From contig CAWDML010000012.1 in NCBI GenBank assembly GCA_963803435.1, positions 96,001-160,000 on the forward strand: 64,000 nucleotides of DNA, in the 5' to 3' direction. Position numbers and translations under genes: made by a program. Numbering within the stretch: position 1 is the first letter of the stretch; the number at the start of each line of letters is the position of its first letter. This document shows positions 21,639 through 33,300 of the stretch, in pieces. The DNA comes from an uncultured delta proteobacterium. GTDB taxonomy: Bacteria > Myxococcota > Kuafuiibacteriia > Kuafuiibacteriales > Kuafuiibacteriaceae. Under the pieces are notes generated by a model. That model made no database searches, was not told where the DNA came from, and saw only the letters and a list, made by a program, of their open reading frames with translations.

Positions 21639-22776
21639 GTGAGCAAGGGCAAGAAGGTCGTGCTCGGGTTTTTTGCGGCGATCGTGCTGGGCGGCGGCGG
21701 CGGATACGCGCTCGGACCGATCTCGGATTCGATGGCGGCGCGTTTTGCACCGTCCGAGCTGAACACGCTGAGCGTCGAGAAGATTCAGGTCGAGAGCGCA
21801 GCCGGAAACGTTCGGCTCCTCGGCAGCGACGGCGGCTGGCTCCCCGCACGCGCGGGCGACTCCGCGCTCCGTCCCACCTGCGTGGAGGCGCAGGGACCGC
21901 TGGCGACCAGTCAGCTCGCGCTGGGATCGACGAAGATCGAGGTCGGCCACCAGGCGCGCGTGCTGTTCGGTCAGAACAACGCCGCGATCGAGCTCGATCA
22001 AGGAAACGTCCGGATCTCGGGCGGCACGCTGACCACCTACGTGCCGCACCACCAGATGAAGGTGACCGGCGGCAGCTACGGCCTGTGGTCCGACGAAGAC
22101 CGGGTGGTGCTGGCAGTCCTCGAGGGCGAGGTCGAGGTCACCCGCGCCGGCGAGACGTCGAAGTTCGCGGGCGGACGCGAGATTCGTCTATCAAGGCTCG
22201 GCCGTGACGCCCCGCGGGCTCGAGCCTCAACTGGTCATCAAGGTCACGGACGAGTCGAAGAAGAGGGACGAGCGAAAGATCGCCGCCAGCGTTCCGCCCG
22301 GCGCGGCCGTCTTCGTGAAGACCGGGAGCGGCGGATACGAGCGGGTGCCGGTCTCTCCCGCGGGCAAGCTGACCGTCACGCTCACAGGGCGGGAGGCGTC
22401 CAAGGGCGAGCTGATCGCGTTCGACGCCGCCGGTCGCAGCGCGCAGCTCGGAGGCGGTTCGCCCGAAGGGGTGAAGGCCGCGCTCGCGGGCGCGGTCGAG
22501 AAGCCGGTCGAGGAGGCGCCGGAGATCCCGAAGCCCAAGGAGAAGCGGGCCGCCAAAGAGAAGGAGAAGACGAAGCGCCGGCGTCGCCTGGCTCCGCTCG
22601 AGAAGCCGGTCGAGGCGAAGCCTCCGCCGCTCGACGACGACGAGATGCCCCCGGTCGAGGACACGCTCGACGGTGACGATGGTCCGCCTCCGGCGAAGCG
22701 GACGACGCGGCCGGAGAAGAAGGCCGTTCCCACGCTCAAGCCGATCAACGAGGACGACGAGGAGAAGGTCGACTGA
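21639..22776 (+). CDS. Membrane-anchored FecR-like beta-domain protein with a charged, Pro-rich tail; +1 frameshift near 22183
   Basis: N-terminal TM helix and FecR-like strands (IELDQGNVRI, VLAVLEGEVEV). Continues in ORF 22204..22776 after removing one T from GATTC at 22181-22185. Confidence 0.65.
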
Positions 22777-22802
22777 GCCCGTTCCCATGATGGGAAGCGG
22801 GC
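22777..22802 (+). terminator. Hairpin immediately after the stop codon
   Basis: GCCCG-TTCCCA-(TGA)-TGGGAA-G-CGGGC. The T-run is about 25 nt downstream, not adjacent. Confidence 0.4.
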
Positions 22803-22837
22803 GGCCCAACGGCGCGCGCCCCTCCTTTTTCGCCGGC

Positions 22838-22853
22838 TGGTCCAGCGATTGCT
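22838..22853 (+). promoter_or_regulatory. Putative sigma54 (-24/-12) promoter
   Basis: TGGTCCAGCGATTGCT gives GG-N10-GC with TTGCT. GTG start at 22866. Confidence 0.55.
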
Positions 22854-22865
22854 CACCTGCCTCGG

Positions 22866-23963
22866 GTGCAGCCGGTCACGCTCCTCCCGAACGGACTCCC
22901 CTGGGCACCGAATCGTGCCTGGCTCCCCTCCCCGTCCCTCGACGCGGTGATGGCCGGCGACTTTCTCCACCTCGGACACGCCGGCGACGCGGTACGCCTG
23001 GTTCAGGTGCTGCTGGTGGCCCGGGCGATCGAGCTGTTGATCGACGGTCTGTTCGGTCCCCAGACGCAGGCCGGTATCCGAGACTTCCAGCGCGCGCAGG
23101 GCTGTGCCTGCGACGGCGTCGTCGGGCCGGAGACGCTGATGGCCCTGTGGCGGACCTCGCCGCGGTGCAGATCCCGGCGGAGCGGCGACGTCCGCTTCCG
23201 GCAGCTCGCTCCGAGAGCCCCGCAGGCCGGCGAGATCGGGCCGGCGCCCTCGATCCCCTCCTGCGATCCGATGCCGCCCGTGACCTCCGGTCCGGCTGAC
23301 GCGCAGTTGAGCCAGCTCCAGGATCGCGCGGTCCGCTTCGCCGAGAGCGAGATCGGCGTCCACGAGTCGGGCGGGACCAACCGGGGCGCGCGCGTCGATC
23401 AATACGCCCGCAACGCCGGGATGCCCGAAGGCGGGGCCTGGTGTGCGTACTTCGTGGACTTCGCCTACAGCGAGACGGCGCGCGCGAACGGCGCCGACTT
23501 CAGCGGTCGCACCAAGCTCCACTCGTACCAGAAGAACTACGCCTGGTTCGCGTACGGCAGCTACACCGCGCGTGATCAGCGGCGCGCGAGAGAGGACGGC
23601 CTCGCCCTCCGCGCCCAGCACGAGGCCGAGGGCAGCACGCGACGCTACCTGGCGATTGAGGGCTCGGAGGGCCATCGCTTCGCGGCCTCGCGCAATCTCC
23701 CGCACGAGGTCTACTCGGACTACCGCGAGCTTCCGGTGCGAGCCGGCGACACCGCGCTGTTCCGGCGCGGTCACGTCGGAATGGTAAAGAGCTACGACGC
23801 GAGCACCGGACAGCTCGTCACCATCGAGGGCAACACGGCGAACGGCGTGGCCGAGCGCTCCTATGACCTCAGCGATCCGGCGGTGCTCGCGCGCTTCGAC
23901 GGCTTTGGACGTCCGGCGCTCTCGGACCTGGCGGGCGATCCGTCAGGGGATCGGCGGCAATAG
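22866..23963 (+). CDS. Peptidoglycan-binding domain plus CHAP-type amidase/peptidase
   Basis: DGLFGPQT..AGIRDFQ...DGVVGPET (PG_binding_1), EIGVHE..GTNRG, WCAYFV (catalytic Cys), GHVG (His) and IEGN. Confidence 0.85.
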   Translation: MQPVTLLPNGLPWAPNRAWLPSPSLDAVMAGDFLHLGHAGDAVRLVQVLLVARAIELLIDGLFGPQTQAGIRDFQRAQGCACDGVVGPETLMALWRTSPRCRSRRSGDVRFRQLAPRAPQAGEIGPAPSIPSCDPMPPVTSGPADAQLSQLQDRAVRFAESEIGVHESGGTNRGARVDQYARNAGMPEGGAWCAYFVDFAYSETARANGADFSGRTKLHSYQKNYAWFAYGSYTARDQRRAREDGLALRAQHEAEGSTRRYLAIEGSEGHRFAASRNLPHEVYSDYRELPVRAGDTALFRRGHVGMVKSYDASTGQLVTIEGNTANGVAERSYDLSDPAVLARFDGFGRPALSDLAGDPSGDRRQ

Positions 23964-25118
23964 GATCGGTTTGCCGTCCTCGATCCGGTAGAAGTACGGG
24001 CGGTCGTAGGGGAAGTGGATGTCCCGCGGCGCGACCACGTCCGCCTTCACCAGGTCGTCGAGCGTCGCCGGATAGTGTCCGGTCTGCAGCCGGTACACTT
24101 CGAGGGCCCGGCGCAGCACGCGAAGCTGGCTCTCGGACACGTGGCGGTGAACGATGGTAGGCGAGTATCGGATCGTCCCGTCGACCGCCGCGCCGGCCGG
24201 TGCGCTCCCGACCTGGCCGATCAACAGCCCGGCGATCACGACCAGGGTCGCGCTGACCAGCACGCGGCCGATGCTCCCGATCAACCGTCCCGGTGACAGC
24301 GAGCGCGCGATCCGCCGGCCGGTCTCCTCGACCGCGTCCACGGGCTTGATCACGCGGACGTAGCCCTCGCCCATCAGCACGCTGATCGCGCGGCAGGTCT
24401 CGAACTCACCCAGCCGCGACAGGTCGATCAGGTTCTGCACGGTACGACCCGCGCCGAGCAGGTCGAAGACCCGGCGCTCGTACGGGCTGATCTGATCGAA
24501 CTCGTTCGGGCCGCTGCCGATCTCCTCGAAGTCCGAGAGATCGAACTCGTCGCTCCGGGGGGCCTCGCGGCGCGGGGGCAGGGGTCGCATTCGCTCGACG
24601 GCCCAGGCATAGGTGGGGATACGCTCGCGGATGCTCGGCCACTCGTCCGTCATCCTGATCCCGTTCATGACGATCGTCTCGGAGCGGATCGGCTGAACGC
24701 CCTCGGGAGACGGTTCGACCTCGAGGGTCTCGAACTGATAGGTGCCGTGCTTCCACTCGAAGAGCGAGTGGATCGTCTCGGTCATTTGCAGCGTCGCGAA
24801 CTCGGTGATCGTGCGCGTGTCGGTGAAGGAGAGCTCGACGAGGATGGCGCCGATGCGTTTCAGCGTGCGTCGCTGCTCCTTGAGCGCCGTGTCGAGCTGC
24901 TGCTGCGTGAGGGCTTCGGCTCGCACCATGAAGGTACCGAGCAGCATCTGTTCGGGGCGGCTGGCGTTCTCGGCGCGCACGACCGAGCCGTCGCGAAAGT
25001 AGACACGGACCTCGTCGATGTCGTTGTTCAGCACCAGCACGCCGGTCTTCGCCTGCTGACCGATCAGCTGGAAGATGTCCGCGACTCCGAAGTCCTTGAT
25101 CGTGCCCTTGAGCGCCAT
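23943..25118 (-). CDS. DUF4388 (PatA-N-like) domain membrane protein with a pseudopilin GspG-like C-terminus
   Basis: MALKGTIKDFGVADIFQLIGQQAKTGVL, VYFRDG, LFEWKHGTYQF, one TM helix, then LRRALEVYRLQTGHYPATLDDLV. Confidence 0.85.
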   Translation of the reverse strand: MALKGTIKDFGVADIFQLIGQQAKTGVLVLNNDIDEVRVYFRDGSVVRAENASRPEQMLLGTFMVRAEALTQQQLDTALKEQRRTLKRIGAILVELSFTDTRTITEFATLQMTETIHSLFEWKHGTYQFETLEVEPSPEGVQPIRSETIVMNGIRMTDEWPSIRERIPTYAWAVERMRPLPPRREAPRSDEFDLSDFEEIGSGPNEFDQISPYERRVFDLLGAGRTVQNLIDLSRLGEFETCRAISVLMGEGYVRVIKPVDAVEETGRRIARSLSPGRLIGSIGRVLVSATLVVIAGLLIGQVGSAPAGAAVDGTIRYSPTIVHRHVSESQLRVLRRALEVYRLQTGHYPATLDDLVKADVVAPRDIHFPYDRPYFYRIEDGKPILLPPIP

Positions 25119-25121
25119 CGT

Positions 25122-27299
25122 TTACCTCTGGCTGAGCACGAGCCGGACGGAGATCAGGATGAGAATGACGGCCATGGTTGCGGAGGCGACGCTCCAGAAC
25201 ATGGCCGCGGAGGTATCGATCCAGACCGACCAGGGGTGGACCGAGAGGTAGTCGGCCAGCACGATGTTTCCCAGCAGGAGCAGGAAGAAGAACATCAGGA
25301 ACACGCCGAGGATCGGCTGCCCACCGTAAACCTGTCCGCTGCCCGCGAAGAGCGTGAGGATGCGCTCGACCCAGCGGCGGCGCACCTGAAAGCGTCGGAC
25401 CTCGAACTCCTTCCTCCGTCGCAGCAACGGCTCCACGGCCACCGCGGTCAGGAACACCGAGTTGCACTGGACGCAGTAGTGCGCCGGCGATCCGCGGTCC
25501 GCGGGGATGCCGCACTTGGGACACGGTGTGGAGAGGCGATCGGAGCGCCGGTAGAGCAGGAAGGCCAGGACCAGCAGCACCCCCATCGCGATCGAGCTCA
25601 CCAACGGCGGCAGCCAGCCGGCGACGGACCGCCACACCTGCTCGGTCACCTCGGAGGACTGGGCCGCGTCGGAGTCGAACAACCGGCGCCAGAGGATGCC
25701 CTGGTCGAACTGCGCGTCCAGGAGCTTCTGGCTGATCGGCACGCTGCTGTCGAGGCTGGTGTAGTAGTTGGTCAGCTCGCCGTCGATCGTCCGGGCCCGC
25801 TCGAGCTGATTCTTGGCCTTGTCGAACTCTCCGATCTCGGCCTCGACAGAGGCCAGGTTGAGGAACGGCTCGGCGATCTCTCCGGTGGCGGCCTGTTGAA
25901 ACGCCGCCTCCGCCGCCTCCTTCCTGCTCATCAGGTAGAGGATGGTGCCCAGGTTGTTGCGCGCCTGGGCGCTCCCCGGGTTGGAGGCGAGCGCCTGGCG
26001 GTAGTCGGCCTCCGCCCCCGCGAGATCGCCGCGACGACGCTTGAGGTGGGCCAGCACCATCGCCGTCTCGAAGTCGCCCTTGCCGTCGTGCTCCGCATAG
26101 AAGCGAAGACGCTGCTCGGCGTCCGAGGCGAACGCTTCGCCGACGGCCGTGGCCATGGCGTCCGTGAGTGAGCCGTGAAAGGTGACCAGCGGCGCGGCCA
26201 GGTAGACGAGGACCGGACCGCTCGCGAGGAGCACCAGGATCGCGGTGGAGACCGCGCGCTCCCGACGAGACTGATAGGCGTAGATCAACGTCAGCGTCGC
26301 GGCGGAGGCCACGCCGATCCCGAGCCCGAGCACCAGCGGCAGGCTGAGCAGGATCAGGAGGACGAGCACCATCTCTCCGGTGCCGATAAAGCGCGGCCAC
26401 AGCGACGCGAAGTCGTGCGCCGGATAGCGGAGGTACTTGAAGCCCTGGAGCGCGACGAACGCGACGATGGTGCCGAGCACCGCGACGCCGAGCAGCATGA
26501 GGAAGCGGGAGACCAGGGACAAGAGGTTGCGGAACTGGCCGAACTGCGCCCCCAGCATGTCCGAGAGCGCGCGGGCGATCGCCGAGATTTGGGTCCAGTC
26601 GATGTGGAAGTAGACCCGCGCACGCATCCAGTGGGCCGAGACCAGATCGGGGGAGAGCTCCGCGGCGGCCTCCACCAGGCTGATCGCGCGGGCGTTGTCC
26701 TTCGCCTCCAGCGCCAGCTTCGCCTCGTTGATCAGCTCCGCCGAGGACACGATCACGTTTCGCGCGCCCAGCTTGCTCCGGGTCTCTTCGAGCAGCGCGA
26801 GCTCGACGTCGGCGTTCGTGCGGTCGCCCGCCCGCACGTACTCTGCGCGCCGCTCGATGTGCGTGGTGAGATCGTTCTCGGTCGGCACTGGCTCCGGCGG
26901 CGGGGCATCGAGGACCGGGAGCGGGCGCTCGAGCAAACGCTTCGGGGGGACGACGACCCTCTTCGGCTCGCCGGACTCCTTCGCCGGCGGGGGCGCGGAA
27001 GGTGGCGTCTGGCTCCGGACCACCGGCGGCGGCGGCGCGGGCAGCGGCGTCTTGGGGACCTCCGGGAGCGCGTCGTCGTCGGCCGGGTCCTCCTTGAGAT
27101 CCTCTGGGTCGGGGACATCCGCGGGCGGCGGCTCGTCGTCGTCTTCGCCGTCGTCCACGCTGTCCTCGATCTCGTCGAGGGTGTCGTCGTCATCGACGGT
27201 CGTCGGGGGCGGGTCGTGCTGGGCCCACGCGCGGGGTGCCCCTGTCGCCAGCAGCACCGAGAAGAGCAGGAGCACCCTTCTCGAAGCACGTCGATGCAT
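25122..27299 (-). CDS. Polytopic membrane protein with TPR repeats and a Zn-ribbon
   Basis: Signal peptide, acidic/Pro linker, TPRs (ARNNLGTILY, PFLNLAS), two TM bundles and CPKCG...CVQC. Confidence 0.85.
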   Translation of the reverse strand: MHRRASRRVLLLFSVLLATGAPRAWAQHDPPPTTVDDDDTLDEIEDSVDDGEDDDEPPPADVPDPEDLKEDPADDDALPEVPKTPLPAPPPPVVRSQTPPSAPPPAKESGEPKRVVVPPKRLLERPLPVLDAPPPEPVPTENDLTTHIERRAEYVRAGDRTNADVELALLEETRSKLGARNVIVSSAELINEAKLALEAKDNARAISLVEAAAELSPDLVSAHWMRARVYFHIDWTQISAIARALSDMLGAQFGQFRNLLSLVSRFLMLLGVAVLGTIVAFVALQGFKYLRYPAHDFASLWPRFIGTGEMVLVLLILLSLPLVLGLGIGVASAATLTLIYAYQSRRERAVSTAILVLLASGPVLVYLAAPLVTFHGSLTDAMATAVGEAFASDAEQRLRFYAEHDGKGDFETAMVLAHLKRRRGDLAGAEADYRQALASNPGSAQARNNLGTILYLMSRKEAAEAAFQQAATGEIAEPFLNLASVEAEIGEFDKAKNQLERARTIDGELTNYYTSLDSSVPISQKLLDAQFDQGILWRRLFDSDAAQSSEVTEQVWRSVAGWLPPLVSSIAMGVLLVLAFLLYRRSDRLSTPCPKCGIPADRGSPAHYCVQCNSVFLTAVAVEPLLRRRKEFEVRRFQVRRRWVERILTLFAGSGQVYGGQPILGVFLMFFFLLLLGNIVLADYLSVHPWSVWIDTSAAMFWSVASATMAVILILISVRLVLSQR

Positions 27300-27398
27300 C
27301 GATGATGACGGGTACCATTCCCCCGCAACGGCAGCAACTTCGCGCCTGCGCGCGTGTAAGGCGCACGGCTCATAACACAGCTCGTGTAGGCGTGTCGT

Positions 27399-30300
27399 TC
27401 AGAAGCGGAGATCCGACGTCTGCCCGTCGTCGTGCGCGACCTCTGCGAAGTCTGCGCTGAGAACGAAGGCGATCAGGTCGGAAGCCGAGCGCCAGCGCTT
27501 CACCGAAGCGATCCGCTCCTGGCTGCTGCCGAACGGCTCGCCCAGGGTCCGTGGCTCCGTTCGACGCAGACCGCGCAGCGCCGCCCACAGCTCCCCCGCG
27601 ACCAGGAGCCCGAACCGATCCGCGGCCGCCACCGCGCTCTTCATCCAGGGCTCCAGGTCGACCTCCACGGTCGACTGCGACACCGGGATGGCCAGCGCCG
27701 CCAGCGCCTCCCGGTCCTCGACCGACAGCCAGCCGCGGATGGCGTCGACCTGATCGACGAGCTCAGGCGAGACGATCACCGCGGACTCGGGCGACGCCAC
27801 CTTCACCAGGAGATCGAGATAGCGCTGCCGCTCCGGCCCGCCGGCCCCCTCGGCGAGCAGGTAGCCCAGCTCGATCAGCATGGCGGCGCGCGCCACGTGA
27901 AACCGCAGCTCGGAGGGCGTCGCGTCGTCGGCGAGCGCCTCGCCCACGACGATCCGAGGCGGATCGCCGGCGGCGATCGAGACGCGCTCGCCACCGTCGA
28001 GATCGAGCCAGACCTCGAACGGCACGCCGCTCACCTCCCGCACCAGGCGCACCAGATCGGCGAGCCTCCGGTCGTCGCTCGCGTCCACCCAGCTGGACGG
28101 GAGCACGTTCGCCCCCGGAAGTCGCGCGGCCATCGGGAGCGCGGTCGTGCGGAGGAGGCGCCCCAGCCAGGTCGCGGTCAGCTCGTGGAAGAGGCGCGTT
28201 CGGACCGTCTTCTCCGCGGGTCGATGCGTCAGCGGTGTGAAGGTCGCGGTCTCGTCTCCCTCGCCCAGGAGGGCCAGCACCGAGCGCGCACCAACGGCCT
28301 TGCCGTTGGCGCCCTCTCCGCCCAGCGCCCGGAACAGCGACGACACCAGGTCCAGGTCGGTGGGGTTCTGCGCGAGCAACCTCCGGTAGATCCGGGCGGC
28401 GGCCTCCAGGTGGATGCGCTGCGCCCGGTACGCGTCCGCCAGCGGGCGCGCGAACAGGTCGTGACCACCGCTGGCCGCGTAGAGCCCTTCGAGCCAGCGC
28501 ACACCCGACTCCGAGATCGCACGCGGCGATCGCAGCCGCCCTACGATCGATCGCAGGCGGTACACGATCCGCGGCGAACGCACGGTCATCGGATCGCCAC
28601 TGTCGCGATCCCACCGCTCGGCGGAGCGATGCACGGCCTCGCTGGCGGCACGATCGAACAGCGAGAGGTCGGCACGCTCGAGGGCCGTGAGATCACCCTC
28701 CGGGAGAAACGTCACCAGCAGATCGAAGGCGTCGTCGTCGCGCGATACGGCGAAGCACGCCGCCGCCAGCCGGATGCGCGCGCCGTCGGAGAGCTCGCCG
28801 AGCCCGGCCACCGAGCCCAGCTCGACCGCGATTCGCAGGAGCGCCTCGCCGTCGCCCATCGCCGCGTAGAACGCGATCAGACGCCGTCGCACCGTCTCGT
28901 CGGAGATGAACCGCTCCAGCCGTCGCGCGATCCTCAGCGAGCGCCGCTGCTCGCGGCTCTGCTTCGCCACCTCGAGCGCGGCCAGCAGGCTGCCGCGCGG
29001 ATCCTCGACGTCGGAGCGGGACGACTCTCGTTCGAGGAAGTCGACCAGCGCCCGCGAGGCCCCCGCCGCCCGCATCAGCTCTTGGTGCAGGCGCCTCGCC
29101 TTGGGCTCGTCCGGCGTCAGCTGGAGCGCGCGCTCGATCGCACCGCGCGCTCGATCGCTGTGACCGCGGAGCCGTGCGATCTCCGCCCTCCGGAGCAGGA
29201 GCGACCCGATCTCGGCGGCATCGACCACCGGGTCGAGCCGCTCGACCAGATCTTCGATCCAGACCTCGCGACCTTCGGCGTCCTCGACGCGATCGCAGGC
29301 GGCGGCCAGGACACGAAGAGCATCGAGCGACCCGGGATCACGCGCCCGCGCCCGCAGCGCCCGAGCCACTGCCAGATTCACGTCGTCGTTCTCGAGGGCC
29401 ACGCGCGCCGCGGCGACCTCGAAGTCCGGCGCCGACCACGAGGGCCCGCCGAGCTTCTCCAGGCGCCGGAACACCGGCGCCGCCCGGTCCCACGCTCGCG
29501 AGAGATACTCGATGCGCGCCAGCCGCGAGAGGGCCTCGACGTCTTCGGGATTCGCAGTCAGCGCGCTGACCAGGACGTCGCGGATCCGGCGCAAGTTAGC
29601 CTGCACATGTGGCTCGTCGCGCCGCGCCGGCCAGTCCTCCGGGAGATGCTCCGCGAAGAGCTTGCCCACCTGTACCAGTGAGGCCGCCTGCTCCACCGGA
29701 TCTTTGAGGCTTTTGGCGCGGCGCTCCTCGAGCTCGGCGAGCTCGGTCCATCGACCCGATCGATCGAGCAGGGCGCGCAGCGCCCGATAGTTCTCGTCCA
29801 CCGGGGCCTCACCGTTCGCCTTGTCGGGATCGAGCAGAGGCGCGTCCTCGAGATCGGCGAAGTCGACCTTTTCCGCCTCCTCGCGCTGCCCCTGCGCCTC
29901 CCAGTGACGGCCCAGCGGCTCCGAGAGGATCCGCGCCAGCGCCAGGCGATGTCTCCCCCGGACCAGGCCCGGATCCATCTCCTCGATCCGCGCCTCGATC
30001 ATCGCGGCGATCCGTTCCGCCGGTAGCGTGGCGCGGGCCCTTGCCACCAGCTCGTCCAGGAGCGACGACGACGCCGGCCGCGCGGTGAACGCGCGCGCGT
30101 AGGCGTCGAGCTCCGCCTCCACGTCGCCTAGGGCTCCAGAGGTCCTGGCCTCCTCGAGCAGGTAGAGGATCCGCGCGTCGCGCTCACCGAGATCCTCCGC
30201 AAGCGCCACCGCCGCCCGGGCGTGCTCGCGCGCCTTGCCGGGATCGCCCACTTTCTTGGCCAGCTCGATGACGGCGCGGCGCGTCCCCAGATCGGCCGGC

Positions 30301-33300
30301 GCCGCCCGGGCCGCGGCCTCATACGCCGCGATGGCGCCGCGGCTGTCGCCCATCTGGTCGAGCCGGATCTGCGCCGCCCGCGCCAGGTACGCCGCCTTCT
30401 CCTCGCCGTTCGCCCGGCTCGAGCAGTGGATCCACACGCGCACCGCTGCGTCGGCCTGCCCCCGACCGAGCTGGAGCCGCGCCAGGCGATCCGCGATCGC
30501 GCGCATTCTCGCCGGCTCCACCAGCGGCAGCGCCTCCTCGAGGCACCGTCCGGCGCCCGCCAGCTCGCCGCCCCGCTCCAGGATCGTCGCGCGCTCCGTG
30601 AGGGCTCGGCGCTTCGCCGGCGAAGAGGTGACCAGAGTGGCCAGCCGCGCCAGCGCCTCCTGCTCCAGCGCATCGTCGCGCACGGCGTGGGCACGCTCTG
30701 CGATCTCCTCGAGCAGCTGGATGCTGGTCGGCTGCAGAGCCCGCGCCTCCTCGAGCACCGCCAGCGCGTCGCGCGTTCGTCCCAGATGGGTGGCGAGCAC
30801 CCGGGCCCGCTCGGTGATCAGACGGACCCGCTCGTCGATGCGCAGGTCCTCGACCTCCACCCGCCTCGCCAGGTGCCGCTCGAGATCGCCCCAGCGCTCC
30901 GCGCGATAGAGGAGCTCCTGGAGGCGGAACGCTTCCTCAGCGTTCGCGGGATCCTCGCTGTACGCCTCGAGCAGCGGCTCGAAGGCACGGGTACGGCGCC
31001 CGATCGCCTCCCACATCCGCGCGGCCTCGCGGAGCTCACGCGCTCGGTCCGTCGGCGACGTCACCGCTTCGGCGCGGCGCTCGAGGAGCTGTGCCAGCGC
31101 CTCCGACGGTCCGGCGGCCTCAATCGCCTGCTCGTAGTCGCTCGCCGCGATCACGTCGGTCGCCAGCGTGCGCGCCTCGGTGAGCGCATCGAGGGCACGC
31201 TTCGGATCGCCCATCGCGCGGTACGCGGCGGCCAGCTGCACCAGCACCTGCGCGCGCACCGCCTGCTCACCCTCGGCCGAATCGTCGAGCAGCGCGACCG
31301 CCTGCCGGAGCGCCTCGGCGGCGTCCTTGGGATTGTCGCGATCCAGCAACAGCGCGCCGAGCGAGCGCTCGGCCTCCACGCGGTCCCTGGGCGAGACCGA
31401 GCGCGCCGCCTCGACGACGCCGCGCAGCGTGAACTCGGCGCCGTCGAGATCACCGGCCTCGCGCTCGGCGGAAGCCAGCGAGAGCAGCGCTCGCCACTGG
31501 GCCAACCCCGCGGGGAGCGACTGCGCATAGAGACGATAGGCGTCGACGCGCAGCGGATGATTGCCCAGCTCCAGCGCCATCGCCGCCAGGTGGCGGAGGG
31601 GAGAGCCATGCGTGGGCGCGATCTGCTCCAGGTCTTCCGGGCCCCAGCCGAGCTGCTCCGGGATCACCACGTCGGGCGCTCCCAGCCAGCCTTCGACCAT
31701 GCGGACCGCGTCGGTGAGCGCCCGCTCGGCCTCGGCTCGATCGCCGACGCGCTCCAGGAACAGGCGCGCCGCCGCCAATCGGTAGCGGAGTCCGGTGACG
31801 AGATCGACCGTCCCGGCCGAAGCCTCCAGCGCGCCCGCCAGCTCGGCCCAGCGCCCGTACCGGGAGAGCACCTCGAACCGCCGCGCGCGCACCAGCGCCG
31901 ACTGCGGCTCGTACTCCGCCAGCGAGGCGAGCACGCGCGCCGCCTCGTCGACCTGACCCGCGCTGTCGTGTGCGGTGGCGCGCAGGAGGTCGAGCGTGAT
32001 CACCGTGCGCCGATCGCCGTCGCGACCCAGGAGCTCGAACGCGCGCTCCACCAGCTTCACGGCCTCGGCGAAGCCGCCACCCCGCAGCAGCGCTTCGGCC
32101 GCCCGGCGCGCGCGGGGGTGCGTCGGCGAGGCCTCGAAGGCCTCGGTGAGCAGCTCGGCCGCCCGAGCCTCGTCTCGGATCTCGGTCCGCGCGATCTCGG
32201 CGCGCTGAGAGAGCACGTCGGCGAGCGCGTCGTTGCTCAAGGTCTCGGCGCGCTCGGCCAGCGCGGTGTCGAGCTCCATCCAGCGCCCATGGGTCTCGAG
32301 CACGTCGAGGAGCAGGTCGCCGGTGCGGCGGTCCTGCGGCGCCTCCACCATCGCGCGCTTCAGGAGTGCCTCCGCCCACGCACCGTCGCCAAGACGATCG
32401 CGGGCGATCTCGGCGGCCTCGACCAGCAGCTGGGCTCGATCGTCGCCCTTCGACGCGTCCTCGGCCGCCTCGAGCAGCGCCTCCAGCAGCCCGTGCCAGT
32501 CCTCGAGGCGTCGATTCACGCGGACCAGCGCCACGCGCGCTTCCCGGCTCTCGTCGCCGCTCAAGCCCACCTCGGACAGCAGCGTCGACCACGCCGTCCG
32601 AGCTGTCTGATCGTCGCCCGAGCGCTCGGCGATCTCCGCGCCCACCACCCGGAGCCGACGCGCGGCCGCGCCCGCACCGAGCCGATCGGACATCGCGAGC
32701 AGCCGCCGCGCCGAGCGCTCTCCGCTCTCCGCGCGGGCGTCCTCCACCAGTCGCTGCACCAGTGGCTCGTCGGCGGAGGTCTCGCGGTGCACGCCCTGCT
32801 CGATGACCGTGCGCGCTTCATCCTCGCGCGACAGCTGCACCAGGAGATCGGCGAGCCGGATCCGCAGGCGCGACGCGCTCGGCCCCGAGACCAGCTCACT
32901 CACCACGCGCGTCAGGACAGCCACCATGGCCTCGTGGCGGTCAGTTGCGGCGAGCACGTCGAGCGCCTCGCCCGCGATCGGCTCGAGCGCCTCGTGTCGG
33001 ACCGGGATCAGCTCCACCGCGCGCTCCGCCAGCATCGACGAGTGCTCGGGATCCGAGGACATCGCCAGCCACGCCGCCTTCAAGAGTCGTTCGGCCCGGG
33101 CTCGCCGCTCGCCGCTGCCGTCCGCGGCCGCCCAGGCCTCGAGCCGTTCGATCACCTTCTGGGTCTCGCCCGCTTGCTCGGCGAGGCGCACCAGCGCCTC
33201 GTGTGCTTCGGGCGCGCTGCTGGTCCCTTCGATCGCGCTGGTGAGCGCGCGCTCGGCGCCCTCGCGATCGTCGAGCCAGACCCTCAGCTCGGAGAGGCCG

